Positions 27,196 through 37,266 of a stretch of 64,000 nucleotides of DNA are shown here, in pieces. The stretch's first letter is position 1, and each line of letters begins with the position of its first letter. A program made the translations under genes and the position numbers. The DNA is taken from positions 4,768 to 68,767 of the forward strand of contig JAFGCH010000143.1 in NCBI GenBank assembly GCA_016932695.1, given 5' to 3'. This DNA comes from Acidimicrobiia bacterium. Its GTDB lineage: Bacteria; Actinomycetota; Acidimicrobiia; Spongiisociales; UBA11373. Below the pieces are notes generated by a model. The model was not told the origin of the DNA. It did no database searches and was given only the letters and a program-made list of their open reading frames with translations.

Positions 27196-30100
27196 ATGCC
27201 CGCCCTCGAACTCTTCTCCCCCCCGGTAGCGGAGTGGTTCCGTTCTTCGTTCGCCGCCACTACCCCGGCCCAGGAGCAGGGCTGGCCGGCCATCGCCGCC
27301 GGCGGGCACGTCCTCATCCACGCCCCCACGGGATCCGGGAAAACCCTCGCTGCCTTCCTGTGGGGCATCGATCGCCTCTTCGCCGCACCACCTCCGCCGG
27401 AGCGGCGCCGCTGCCGCCTGCTCTACATCTCCCCGCTCAAAGCCCTGGCCTACGACATCGAACGCAACCTGCGGGCTCCCCTCCAGGGCATTGCCCGCTG
27501 GGCGGAGCGCTCGGGCACCCCGCTGCCGTCTCTGGTCACCGCGATGCGCACCGGCGACACCCCCGCCGAGCAGCGGCGCGCCATGCTGCGGCACCCGCCC
27601 GACATCCTCATCATTACCCCGGAGAGCCTGTACCTGGTGCTCACTTCGTCGGCCCGCGAGATCCTGGCCCCCGTGCGGTGGGTGATCGTCGACGAGGTCC
27701 ACGCCCTCGCCGGCACCAAGCGCGGCGCCCACCTCGCCCTTACCCTGGAACGGCTCGAAGCCGTCACGGCCGCCCCGCCGCAGCGCATCGGGCTCTCCGC
27801 CACCCAGCGTCCCTTAGAAGCGATCGCCCGCTTCCTGGGAGGGGGCACGCTCGACGGAGACGACTGGACGCCCCGGCCCGTGACCGTGGTCGATGCCCCG
27901 CGGGACAAGAGCCTGGAGATCGAGATCGTGGTCCCCGTCGAGGACATGACCCGCCCCGAGGACGACCTGCCGGCGCCGGACCCGGCGGCACCCCCGCCCC
28001 GCCGCTCCATCTGGCCGGCGATGTACCCCCAGCTCCTGGATCTGGTGCGGGCCCACCGCTCCACGATCATCTTCTGCAACAGCCGGAGCCTGGCAGAGCG
28101 CCTCGCCGCCCAGATCAACCACCTCGCCGGCGAAGAGCTGGCCAAGGCCCATCACGGCTCCGTGTCCAGGGAACAGCGCCTGGCCATCGAGGACGGCCTG
28201 AAAACGGGGACGCTGCGGGCGGTGGCGGCCACCTCATCGCTGGAGTTGGGCATCGACATGGCGGCGGTCGACCTGGTGGTGCTGGTCGAGTCCCCGCCGA
28301 CGGTGGCTCACGGCCTGCAGCGAGTGGGCCGGGCCGGCCACCAGGTAGGGCAGCCCAGCCGGGCCAAGGTGTTCCCCAAACACCGTCACGATCTGCTCGA
28401 GGCCGCCGTCCTGGTGCACCGCATGGAGCAGGGCCTGATCGAAGAGACCCGGCTCCCTGCGAACCCCCTCGACGTGCTGGCCCAGCAGATCGTCGCCGTG
28501 GTCGCCGGCGGCCCGCAGCGGGTGGACGACCTCTACGCCCTGGTGCGGCGGGCGGCCCCCTATGCCACCCTGCGCCGGGCTCCCTTCGAGGCGGTGCTCG
28601 ACATGCTCGCCGGCCGCTACCCCTCCGACGAGTTCGCCGAGTTGCGCCCCCGCCTGGTTTGGGACCGGGAGGACGGCACCCTCACCCCGCTGGGCAACGC
28701 CCGCCTCCTAGCGGTGACCAACCCCGGCACCATTCCAGATCGAGGGCTGTACACCGTGGTGGTGCCCGAAGGGGGGAGGGTGGGCGAACTGGACGAGGAG
28801 ATGGTCTTCGAGAGCCGCGTCGGCGACACCTTCGTGCTCGGCTCCTCCACCTGGCAGATCACCGAGATCACCGTCGATCGGGTGGTGGTCGCCCCGGCGC
28901 CCGGGTCGGCCGCGCCGCGGCTCCCCTTCTGGAAGGGGGACACCCCGGGACGCCCCCTGGAGACCGGCAGGGCCCTCGGCGAATTCACCGCCGCCGTGGG
29001 CGCTCTCGACCCCGCCGAGGCCCAGCGGGTGCTGATCGCCGAGTACCACCTCGACCGGAGAGCGGCGGCCAACCTGGCCCAGTACCTGGCGGAGGAGAAG
29101 GCGGCCACCGGCGCCCTTCCCACCCACCGCACCGTGGTCGTCGAGAGGTTCCGCGACGAAATCGGCGACTGGCGGCTGGTGCTGCTCTCCCCCTTCGGCG
29201 CCGGGATCCACGCCCCGTGGGCCCTGGCGGCCTCCCGCCGCCTGCGCGCCCGCCACGGGCTACACGTGGACGCGGTGTGGTCGGACGACGGGTTCATCCT
29301 ACGCTTCCCCGACGTCGACGATCCACCCGATCCCGCCGAGTTGGTGCTCGCCCCCGACGAGGTCGAGGATCTGGTGCTCGAGGAGGCCGGCGACAGCGCC
29401 TTGTTCGGCGCCGCCTTTCGCGAGGCCGCAGCCCGCGCCCTGCTCCTGCCCCGCCGCCGCCCCGGGCAGCGCACCCCGCTGTGGCTGCAGCGCCGCCGCG
29501 CCTGGGGCCTGCTCGCCGCCGCCCGCCGCTTCCCCGACTTTCCCATCGTGATCGAGGCCTATCGCGAAGTCCTACAGCAGCACTTCGACCTGCCCGCCCT
29601 GCAAGAGCTGCTGGGCGACATCGCGTCGCGCCGGGTGCGCCTGGTGCCGGTCACCACCGGCGGGCCCAGCCCTTTCGCCTCCTCGCTCGGCCTGGACTTC
29701 GTCGCCTCCTTCATGTACGAGTACGACGCCCCGCCCGCCGAGCGCCGCGCCGCAGCTCTCACCATCGACCAGGGCTTGTTGCGGGACCTCCTGGGTGAGC
29801 CCGAACTGCGGGAGCTGCTCGACCCCGAAGCCCTCACCGGCGTGGAGCTCGAGCTGCAGCACCTCGCCCCGGGGCACCGGGCGGTCGGAGCGGACGGCAT
29901 GGCCGACTTACTGCGCCGTCTCGGCCCGCTGACCGAAGCGGAGGCGGCCGCCCGGTGCGCCGAGGGCGAGGCGACCGCACTGCTCAGGACCCTGGCGGAG
30001 CAGCATCGGGCCTTCGCGCTGGCCCTGGGGGGCGAGACCCGCTGGGCCGCCGTCGAGGACGCCGCCCGCCTGCGCGATGCCCTGGGGGCTTCCCTTCCGG

Positions 30101-31575
30101 CCGGCGTCCCCGCGACCTTCCTGGTCCCGGTGACCGACGCCCTCGGCGACGTTGTAGGCCGCTTCGCCCGCACCCACGGGCCCTTCACCGAAGCGGCGGC
30201 GGCCGTGGCGCTCGGGCTCCCGGTCGCGGCGGTCGCCGACACGCTGGTCCGCCTCGAGGAGCGGGGGCGGGTGACCCGCGGCGCCTTCCTTCCCGGCGGC
30301 GCCGGCCGGGAGTGGGTCGAAATCGAGGTGCTACGCCGGCTGCGCCGGCGCTCCGTGGCCCGTCTTCGCCGACAGGTCGAAGCCGTAGACGGGGCCGCCT
30401 ATGCCCGTTTCCTCGCCGGGTGGCACGGCATCGGCGAACGGGCCGACTCGCCCGAAGCCCTCCTCGAGGCGGTCCGGCGCCTGCAGGGGGCGGCAGTGCC
30501 GGCCTCCATTCTGGAAGACGAGGTGCTGGCCGGGCGCCTCGACTACCGACCGACCTTGCTCGACACCGCCGCCGCCGCCGGGGAGGTGGTCTGGGTCGGC
30601 CGGGGAGCATTGGGCCCCAATGACGGACGGGTGGCCCTCTACCTCCGACCCCAGGCGGCCGCGTTGCACTGGCCCCTGGAGATCCTCACCCCCGACGAGG
30701 AAAGCCACCGGCGCCTGCGCGCCCACCTGGAGCAGCGGGGGGCCTCCTTCTTCTCCGATCTCTACGCCGCGGCCGGAGGAGGCGACCCGGAGCAGGTGCT
30801 CGACGCCCTGTGGGACCTGGTCTGGGCCGGAGAGGTCACCAACGACACCCCGGCCCCCCTCCGCGCCCGCCTCGCCGGGAGGTACCCGCGGCACTCCCCC
30901 GGCCGCCGCCGGCTTCCGGCTGCCACCCCGCCGGCGGCGAGTGGGCGCTGGTACCTGGTGGCGGACCTCCTGGCCTCGCCCTCGCCGCCCACCGTCGCCG
31001 CCGCCTCGCTTGCCGAGCAGTTGCTGGCCCGCCACGGGCTGCTGGGTCGTGACGCCGTCCTCGCCGAAGGGGTGCCGGGAGGGTTCGCCGGCCTCTACCC
31101 GGTGCTTGCCGCTTTGGAGGAGGCGGGCCGGGCCCGCCGGGGCTACTTCGTCGAGGGACTGGGCGGGGCGCAGTTCGCCCTCGCCGGTGCCCTCGACCGC
31201 CTCCGGGCGGGGGAAGCCGCCGGAGTGCTGACGCTGGCCGCGGCAGACCCGGCCCACCCCTACGGCGCCTCCCTGCCCTGGCCGGAGCATCCCGCCGGGA
31301 GGCCCTCTCGATCGGCCGGGGCCTACCTGGTGCTCGTCGACGGCCGTCCCGGCGCTTTCGTCGAGCGGGGCGGCCGGCGCCTGCTCACTTTCACCACCGA
31401 CGGGGCGGAACTGGCCGAGATCGCCCGGGCCCTCGCCGCCCTGGCCCGGCGACGCCGCCGCCTGCGCCCGGCCGTGGTGGACGGTCTTCCGGCTGAAGAC
31501 ACCGCCCTGGGCAGGGCGCTGACCGGCGCCGGCTTCGTGCCTTCCTATCGCGGCATAGTCCTGCGCCCGGCCTGA
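27196..31575 (+). CDS. lhr: ATP-dependent helicase Lhr (long form)
   Basis: APTGSGKT, VDEVH, LSAT, LELGID, QRVGRAGH; long C-terminal domain with RRGYFVEGLGGAQF. Confidence 0.93.
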   Translation: MPALELFSPPVAEWFRSSFAATTPAQEQGWPAIAAGGHVLIHAPTGSGKTLAAFLWGIDRLFAAPPPPERRRCRLLYISPLKALAYDIERNLRAPLQGIARWAERSGTPLPSLVTAMRTGDTPAEQRRAMLRHPPDILIITPESLYLVLTSSAREILAPVRWVIVDEVHALAGTKRGAHLALTLERLEAVTAAPPQRIGLSATQRPLEAIARFLGGGTLDGDDWTPRPVTVVDAPRDKSLEIEIVVPVEDMTRPEDDLPAPDPAAPPPRRSIWPAMYPQLLDLVRAHRSTIIFCNSRSLAERLAAQINHLAGEELAKAHHGSVSREQRLAIEDGLKTGTLRAVAATSSLELGIDMAAVDLVVLVESPPTVAHGLQRVGRAGHQVGQPSRAKVFPKHRHDLLEAAVLVHRMEQGLIEETRLPANPLDVLAQQIVAVVAGGPQRVDDLYALVRRAAPYATLRRAPFEAVLDMLAGRYPSDEFAELRPRLVWDREDGTLTPLGNARLLAVTNPGTIPDRGLYTVVVPEGGRVGELDEEMVFESRVGDTFVLGSSTWQITEITVDRVVVAPAPGSAAPRLPFWKGDTPGRPLETGRALGEFTAAVGALDPAEAQRVLIAEYHLDRRAAANLAQYLAEEKAATGALPTHRTVVVERFRDEIGDWRLVLLSPFGAGIHAPWALAASRRLRARHGLHVDAVWSDDGFILRFPDVDDPPDPAELVLAPDEVEDLVLEEAGDSALFGAAFREAAARALLLPRRRPGQRTPLWLQRRRAWGLLAAARRFPDFPIVIEAYREVLQQHFDLPALQELLGDIASRRVRLVPVTTGGPSPFASSLGLDFVASFMYEYDAPPAERRAAALTIDQGLLRDLLGEPELRELLDPEALTGVELELQHLAPGHRAVGADGMADLLRRLGPLTEAEAAARCAEGEATALLRTLAEQHRAFALALGGETRWAAVEDAARLRDALGASLPAGVPATFLVPVTDALGDVVGRFARTHGPFTEAAAAVALGLPVAAVADTLVRLEERGRVTRGAFLPGGAGREWVEIEVLRRLRRRSVARLRRQVEAVDGAAYARFLAGWHGIGERADSPEALLEAVRRLQGAAVPASILEDEVLAGRLDYRPTLLDTAAAAGEVVWVGRGALGPNDGRVALYLRPQAAALHWPLEILTPDEESHRRLRAHLEQRGASFFSDLYAAAGGGDPEQVLDALWDLVWAGEVTNDTPAPLRARLAGRYPRHSPGRRRLPAATPPAASGRWYLVADLLASPSPPTVAAASLAEQLLARHGLLGRDAVLAEGVPGGFAGLYPVLAALEEAGRARRGYFVEGLGGAQFALAGALDRLRAGEAAGVLTLAAADPAHPYGASLPWPEHPAGRPSRSAGAYLVLVDGRPGAFVERGGRRLLTFTTDGAELAEIARALAALARRRRRLRPAVVDGLPAEDTALGRALTGAGFVPSYRGIVLRPA

Positions 31576-31591
31576 GGCACGAGGCCGGGCC

Positions 31592-33307
31592 TTACCCTCG
31601 TAGCGCCAGAGCGCCCAAACGGGGGAGGCGCCACCAGTGCCGGTCGACTTCCAGGGCCGCCGCCCCGGCCAGCACCCGGTCCCCGAGGCGGTGGGTGAGG
31701 AACCAGGGAGGCTTGAAGGCGGGCGTGAAGGGAGACCGGACCACCGTCTTCTGGGGCCGGTCCACCAGGCGGGCGTTGTGCACGAAGCCCATGCCGCTTC
31801 CGATGTCCGCCGGCGAGTGACCGGGGAAAGCCCCCCAGGTGCTGGACCCGAAGGCGAAGCCGACCGCCGACCAGATGTTCACCGCCACCGTGCCGTAGCG
31901 CAGGCCGGCCAGGGCCGCGTCCCACGCCGGGCCCAGGGCGCGAGAGGTGGCGCCGTCCGCCAGGACCGTGGCGGTCAGCGTCCCGAACAGCCTCTCGTTG
32001 CAGAAGGGCACGGCACGAGCCAGGAACTCGGCCGCGGTATCGCCGGGCAGGTTGGTGACCCCGGCCAGGGGGCACCAGGGCTCCTCCCGGAAGATCAGAT
32101 GGTCTCCGTCGGGGTCGAGGTCCATCAGCAGCGTCGGGGGCAGCATGCCCGGCTCGCGCCGCCCGAAGACTTCGACCTGCTTCTCCGCCGCGACGTGGCG
32201 CTCGTAGGCTTCCTCGGCCCCCGGGTAGTAGGCCGGACGCAGCGGCAGGGAATGCAGCACCCGGCGCAGGTGGTCGAGGAACGCCTCCCGCTGCGGCCAG
32301 CCCTCGGCCATGACCAGCATGCGGGTGGCGTTGCAGTTGTAGCCCGAGTTGTGGCCGATCTGCGTGGCCACGTTCTCGGCGTGCAGGCGCAGCGACCTCT
32401 CTGACCAGCGCCCCGGGACGATGATGACCGGGCTCACATTGCCCAACTCGCAGGTGACCGGCTTATCGATGACCGGGGTGCCGGAGGCCTTGCGCGCCGC
32501 CGCGTCCTTGCCCCAAACCACCGCGTCGTAGCTGGCGCCCGAACCGGTCAGATGGATCCCCTGCACGGCAGCATGCCGAGTCAGGTAGTCGCCGTTATCC
32601 GCCCGGCCGCCGTAGACGGTGCGCACGAAGCCGGCAGAGATGAGGTCGGCGAAAGCGGCGTCGAAATGGGGCGCCAAGTATTCCGCGACCCGGCTGTGCT
32701 TGAGGAGCACGGTGGACCCATCGACGAACAACTTGTGCAGCACATCCAGCAGGGTGATGGCCGCCACGTTCCCCGCCCCCAGCACTAGGGAGACCGCCGC
32801 CGGAGGGGTGACCCCCTTGGTGTAGAAGCCGCCCAGGTTGGCGTCCAGGTCGGCCCGGGTCACTGCCGGGTCGACCCACACGTCCCCCATCACCCCCGGG
32901 TAGAGGATGCGGTCGTAGACGTCCACCGGCAGCACTCGCACGGTCACCTGGCCGTCGGGGCGCACCCGGACCGCCGACCGCGACAGGGGGACGCGGCCCT
33001 CTCGCCTGATCCCTTCGAGAGTGTCGAGCAGGATGCGCATGGTGCGCATCATCGACACGACGGTGGCCCCCCACTCGTCCCCCGCCTGTCCGCCGACGAG
33101 GCCCTTGGCGGCACAGGCGTCGGCCACCAGACCGGGAGCGGCGCGGTAGGCGCCGTGCAACAGCGAGCGCAGGTAGTCGATGCGGTCGTTCAAGGACAGC
33201 CCCGCCCAAACCGGAGCGCGTTCGGTGAGCGTCGCCAGGGAGCGGTCTATGTCGGCGTGAGAGGTAGCCGGCCGCGGGGGCGGAGGCGCGAGCAAGGGGA
33301 CGGACAT
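31592..33307 (-). CDS. Aldehyde dehydrogenase family protein
   Basis: LGAGNV, HLTGSG, CELGNVSP, YNCNATR, REEPWCP. Confidence 0.85.
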   Translation of the reverse strand: MSVPLLAPPPPRPATSHADIDRSLATLTERAPVWAGLSLNDRIDYLRSLLHGAYRAAPGLVADACAAKGLVGGQAGDEWGATVVSMMRTMRILLDTLEGIRREGRVPLSRSAVRVRPDGQVTVRVLPVDVYDRILYPGVMGDVWVDPAVTRADLDANLGGFYTKGVTPPAAVSLVLGAGNVAAITLLDVLHKLFVDGSTVLLKHSRVAEYLAPHFDAAFADLISAGFVRTVYGGRADNGDYLTRHAAVQGIHLTGSGASYDAVVWGKDAAARKASGTPVIDKPVTCELGNVSPVIIVPGRWSERSLRLHAENVATQIGHNSGYNCNATRMLVMAEGWPQREAFLDHLRRVLHSLPLRPAYYPGAEEAYERHVAAEKQVEVFGRREPGMLPPTLLMDLDPDGDHLIFREEPWCPLAGVTNLPGDTAAEFLARAVPFCNERLFGTLTATVLADGATSRALGPAWDAALAGLRYGTVAVNIWSAVGFAFGSSTWGAFPGHSPADIGSGMGFVHNARLVDRPQKTVVRSPFTPAFKPPWFLTHRLGDRVLAGAAALEVDRHWWRLPRLGALALRG

Positions 33308-33409
33308 GGCGGCGATCCTACGCGGCCGCGAAGGGGTCGCGCGGCACCGGAGGGGCCCGATTTGCCAACGAGGCCCGCCCCAGCCGGCGAGGCGCGCCAC
33401 AATGACCGC

Positions 33410-34609
33410 ATGGGAACCCCCCAACTGGTGGTGCGCGCCGGTAACCCCGACTTCCTCGATCTGCCCTGGGACCGTTCCCTGGCCGAGTGGGACCACCCGC
33501 GCCGCCTCGACCTCCCCAAGGGCATCTCCCGCCACGAGGTTCATTTCTTCGGCTACGACGAGGGCATCTACGCCGTCAAGGAACTGCCGCGCCACCTCGC
33601 CCGCCACGAGTACGCCGTGCTGCGCCAACTGGAGGAGATGAGAGCCCCCGCGGTGCAACCGGTGGGCCTGGTGGAGCGTCCCTGGCGACATCCCTACGAG
33701 GAGGCGGCCGCAGCGGTGATTACCCGCTACGTGGAGTACTCGTTCTCATACCGAGAGCTGCTGTCGGGCTGGGGCTTCGGCGACCGGCGCAACCAGATGC
33801 TCGACGCCTTCGCCGGCCTGTTGGTGGAACTCCACCTGCTGGGCTGCCACTGGGGCGACTGCTCCCTCTCCAACGTCCTCTACCGCTACGACGCCGGCGC
33901 GGTGGACATGATCATGGTGGACGCCGAAACCGCCCGGATTCACCCTTCGCTCAGCGACGGCCAGCGGCAGGACGACCTACAGGTGATGGTGGAGAACGTG
34001 GCCGGGGGCATGGCCGATCTGGCCGCCGAACAGGGTATCGACCTCGACCTCGCCGATCTCTTCCTAGGTGAGGACATCGCCGCCCGCTACCACCCCCTGT
34101 GGCGGGAAGTCACCGCGGAAGCGTTCATCGGGCGCGACGAGCAATACCGCATCACCGAACAGATCAACCGGCTGAACGAACTCGGTTTCGAGGTGGACGA
34201 CCTAGTCCTCACCCCCCATGCCGAAGGCAGCCGCCTGCGTATGCGCTTCAAGGTGGCCGGCCGCAACTTCCACTCCCACCACCTTCGAGAGCTCACCGGC
34301 ATCGAGGCGGCCGAGAACCAGGCTCGCCAGATCCTCTCCGACCTCCGCTACTACGAAGCCACCGTGGCGCGGGATTCGCCCGCCGGCAAGCGTCTCGCCC
34401 CCATCCGATGGCGGGTGGAGGTGTTCGAGCCCATGCTGGCCCGGTTGCGCTCCCTGCCCGATCGCGCCGCCCGGGACCCGGTGCAGGCCTACACCGACTT
34501 CCTGCACCACCGCTACCTGCTGTCGGTCGAGGCGGGGAGCGACATCCCCAACGAGGAAGCCTTCCGCCGGTGGGCGGCCGCGGGCCAGCCCGGCTACCCC
34601 CTCGGCTGA
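33410..34609 (+). CDS. DUF4032 domain / LPS kinase (Kdo/WaaP)-like protein
   Basis: GISRHEVHF, HWGDCSLSNVL, VDAET, HRYLLS. Confidence 0.85.
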   Translation: MGTPQLVVRAGNPDFLDLPWDRSLAEWDHPRRLDLPKGISRHEVHFFGYDEGIYAVKELPRHLARHEYAVLRQLEEMRAPAVQPVGLVERPWRHPYEEAAAAVITRYVEYSFSYRELLSGWGFGDRRNQMLDAFAGLLVELHLLGCHWGDCSLSNVLYRYDAGAVDMIMVDAETARIHPSLSDGQRQDDLQVMVENVAGGMADLAAEQGIDLDLADLFLGEDIAARYHPLWREVTAEAFIGRDEQYRITEQINRLNELGFEVDDLVLTPHAEGSRLRMRFKVAGRNFHSHHLRELTGIEAAENQARQILSDLRYYEATVARDSPAGKRLAPIRWRVEVFEPMLARLRSLPDRAARDPVQAYTDFLHHRYLLSVEAGSDIPNEEAFRRWAAAGQPGYPLG

Positions 34610-34648
34610 ACCCTCAAGCCGCCCGTGGCGGCCGCCGATGCTGGGCTC

Positions 34649-35167
34649 ATGCCGGCCCGACCCCAAGACCAGCACGCGCCGACGGGAGTACCGCCTGCCC
34701 CCCAGCCGACGGCGGCCCCGTTCCTCACCCTCGTCGAGGAGCCCGCCTATCGCGACCGTCTGACGGAGGACTGGGTCATCGTCGGCCCGGTGCTGGTGGC
34801 CGGGCGCACTCTCGACCGGGTGGTGGTCGGGCCCAACGGGGTGTTCGCCGTCTCCCTGGACGCCGACCCTCGCCCCGCCCTGCTGGCCGAAGACGGCCTA
34901 TACCGGGGGAGCATGCGGACTACCCATCAGGTGAAGCAGGCCCTCGCCGCCGCCTTCGACCTGCGCCGGGTGCTGGCGGAGGCGGGGATCGACGTGTTCC
35001 CCTATCCCGTGCTGGTAGCCCGGGGGGCCGACGGCATGCTGGGCCGCCTGCGCGTCGTCCCCCCCGGATGCCTGGCTTCGGCAGTGTGGTCGCATCCCGG
35101 CCGCCCCCTGCGCCGTTCGGAGCGAGCGCGGGTGCTGGCCGCGGTGCAGCATCCGGCGACCGCGTAG
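34649..35167 (+). CDS. NERD-like nuclease domain protein, degenerate
   Basis: LDRVVVGPNGVFAV resembles the NERD core; start uncertain (34625 or 34649). Confidence 0.55.
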   Translation: MPARPQDQHAPTGVPPAPQPTAAPFLTLVEEPAYRDRLTEDWVIVGPVLVAGRTLDRVVVGPNGVFAVSLDADPRPALLAEDGLYRGSMRTTHQVKQALAAAFDLRRVLAEAGIDVFPYPVLVARGADGMLGRLRVVPPGCLASAVWSHPGRPLRRSERARVLAAVQHPATA

Positions 35168-35191
35168 CGGCCGGCGCTCGAATCCTCGTCT

Positions 35192-35785
35192 TCAGATCCC
35201 GGCCACCACCAGCGCCGCCTTGAGATCGGCGGCGATCATCTCTCGTTTGGAGCGCTCGATCAGGTAGCTGCGGCCGGTCTGCAAGTAGCTGGGGAACACC
35301 CGCCGGCCCTCGAACCGGTACTCCCCGCGGCGTACCTTGTAGGTGGGTCCCGCCGGGATGAGGCGCTTACCGGTGCGCCGCCGCGCGATGGCGTTCAGGG
35401 CGCCGATGGCCACATCTCCCATCAGCATGATCACTCGAGCCTGGGGGAACAGGGCGATCTCGGCTTCCAGGAGCCGGGAGCAAGCCTCCACCGTCGGCCG
35501 CCCCACCCCGTAGCCCAACTTGGCGCACTTCACCGCGGTGGTCAAGTAGATACCGCGAGCGGCCAGGTCCTGCTGGGAAGCCGTCTCGACCCCGGCGGCC
35601 CGGAACGCATCCAGGGTGGTCTCCAGGTGGAAGGGCATCCCCGGGGCATACAGGCCGTCGCCCATCTCGGCCGCCGGGGCCTCGGCGACCATGATCAGCC
35701 GCACCGTCGCCGGGTCCATTGCCACATGGGGGACTTCATGTCGGCCGTGGTCCACATCCGAACAGGGGAAGTCGAGACAGGCCAC
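35192..35785 (-). CDS. Uracil-DNA glycosylase superfamily protein
   Basis: MVAEAP, YLTTAVKCAK, MLMGDVA, FPSY; N-terminal CLDFPC. Confidence 0.75.
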   Translation of the reverse strand: MACLDFPCSDVDHGRHEVPHVAMDPATVRLIMVAEAPAAEMGDGLYAPGMPFHLETTLDAFRAAGVETASQQDLAARGIYLTTAVKCAKLGYGVGRPTVEACSRLLEAEIALFPQARVIMLMGDVAIGALNAIARRRTGKRLIPAGPTYKVRRGEYRFEGRRVFPSYLQTGRSYLIERSKREMIAADLKAALVVAGI

Positions 35786-35909
35786 GTGGTCCGCAACGCG
35801 CAGGTTGCTCCCTTCGACGCCGACGCGAGCTTAGGGAGCGCCCGGCCGGGCGCGCAGAACACAGACCAGTGAACACCCCGCCCTCAGCTGCCGATACAGA
35901 CCGCAGCCT

Positions 35910-36695
35910 ATGACCACGACCGCCCCGCACCGGGGCCCGTCGCCGCTGCCTCCGGTGGCCGAAGCGACGCGCGGCGCCACCATCGGCCTCAGTGCCGGCG
36001 CCGCCGGACTCGCCGCGGCCTACGCCGCCCTGCCGGCACAGCGAACCTGGCTGTCTTCCGACCACGGCCTGGTCGATCTGGCTACAGCCGTACTGCTGTT
36101 GATCACCCTGGTGGTGGGATGGTGGGGTCTCCGCCGTACCCCAACCCCCGACCGGTGGTGCCGGCTCCTCCCTCTGGTCGCCTTGATGGGACTGCTGGAC
36201 GAGATGCAGTTCGGCTCCGGCCTCCTGGGCTTCGGCCTGCCCGAGGTCGGGCCGGTCACCATCGACGGCCTCTCTTCGCTGCTCGCCGCCGGCGAGCACC
36301 TGGCCTCCACCTATCTGGGGCTGGGCCCCCTGGACCTGGCGGCCGGAGCGGGCCTGCTGGTGGCGCTGGCCGCCTTCCTGCTCGCCCGCAACCGGAGAGC
36401 GGCACGCGCCGCCGCCTGGCTGGTCGACCACCCTCCGGCCTTCCACTTGCTCGGCTCTGCCGGGCTGGTGAGCGCCGCCTTGGCTCTCGAACTTCTCGGC
36501 GTCGGCGAGGAAGCGCGGTTCGTCGAGGAGTGGCTCGAGTTCACCGCCGCCGCGGTGCTGCTGCGCGGGGCGCTACTCATCCCCGGTCGCGAGCCGCAGG
36601 CATTGGGCTGGCGGCAGCGGCTGCGCCCGTGGCTGGAGACAGACGCCCCGGCACGGAGCACTCCGGCGCCGCCGGGACGCCGGTACGTTCCCTAA
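35910..36695 (+). CDS. Hypothetical multi-TM membrane protein
   Basis: Several hydrophobic helices; LLDEM and FVEEWLE acidic motifs. Confidence 0.65.
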   Translation: MTTTAPHRGPSPLPPVAEATRGATIGLSAGAAGLAAAYAALPAQRTWLSSDHGLVDLATAVLLLITLVVGWWGLRRTPTPDRWCRLLPLVALMGLLDEMQFGSGLLGFGLPEVGPVTIDGLSSLLAAGEHLASTYLGLGPLDLAAGAGLLVALAAFLLARNRRAARAAAWLVDHPPAFHLLGSAGLVSAALALELLGVGEEARFVEEWLEFTAAAVLLRGALLIPGREPQALGWRQRLRPWLETDAPARSTPAPPGRRYVP

Positions 36696-37210
36696 CCGGC
36701 GCCTCTCCGCTTGACCCCGCCGTACTTCATGCGGGTGTCCTCGATGCGGGCCACCGGCCGGTCTTGCCCGTCCCCCTGGAACCCACAGTCCACCACCTCG
36801 CCCAGGAACAGGGTGTGCGTGCCGCAGCCCACCGCTTTCCATAGCCGGCAGTCGATATAGGCGATGGCCTCCTCGAAGATCGGGGCCCCGGTCACCCCGA
36901 GCCGCACCGGCCGGCCGTTCAGGGTGGTGCCTTCCCGCCGTGCCGGCTTGGAGAAGCTCACGAAGGGGCGGGTGTCGTCGCGAGACCACAGGTTCACGCT
37001 GAAACGCTGCCCCTCCTCGATGAGGCGATGGGTCAGCGCGGCGCGGTCCACGGCGGCGGCCACCAGCACCGGCTCCATGGCAACCTGCGTGACCCAGGAG
37101 GCGGTCATGCCGTTCCACTCCTCCCCGGCGGAGGCCCCGATGAGGCACAGCACGTTCGGGATCCTCCAGAGGACCTTGTTCACGATCTCTATCGGCACGC
37201 CGGCCACCAT
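36692..37210 (-). CDS. Flavin reductase-like FMN-binding protein
   Basis: NGMTASWVTQV, FSVNL, GTHTLFLGEVV. Confidence 0.88.
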   Translation of the reverse strand: MVAGVPIEIVNKVLWRIPNVLCLIGASAGEEWNGMTASWVTQVAMEPVLVAAAVDRAALTHRLIEEGQRFSVNLWSRDDTRPFVSFSKPARREGTTLNGRPVRLGVTGAPIFEEAIAYIDCRLWKAVGCGTHTLFLGEVVDCGFQGDGQDRPVARIEDTRMKYGGVKRRGAG

Positions 37211-37266
37211 GCGGGTCCCTCCTCCCGCCGAGCGTACTGCGCCTCCGCCGGATAGTCTCTGCTCCG

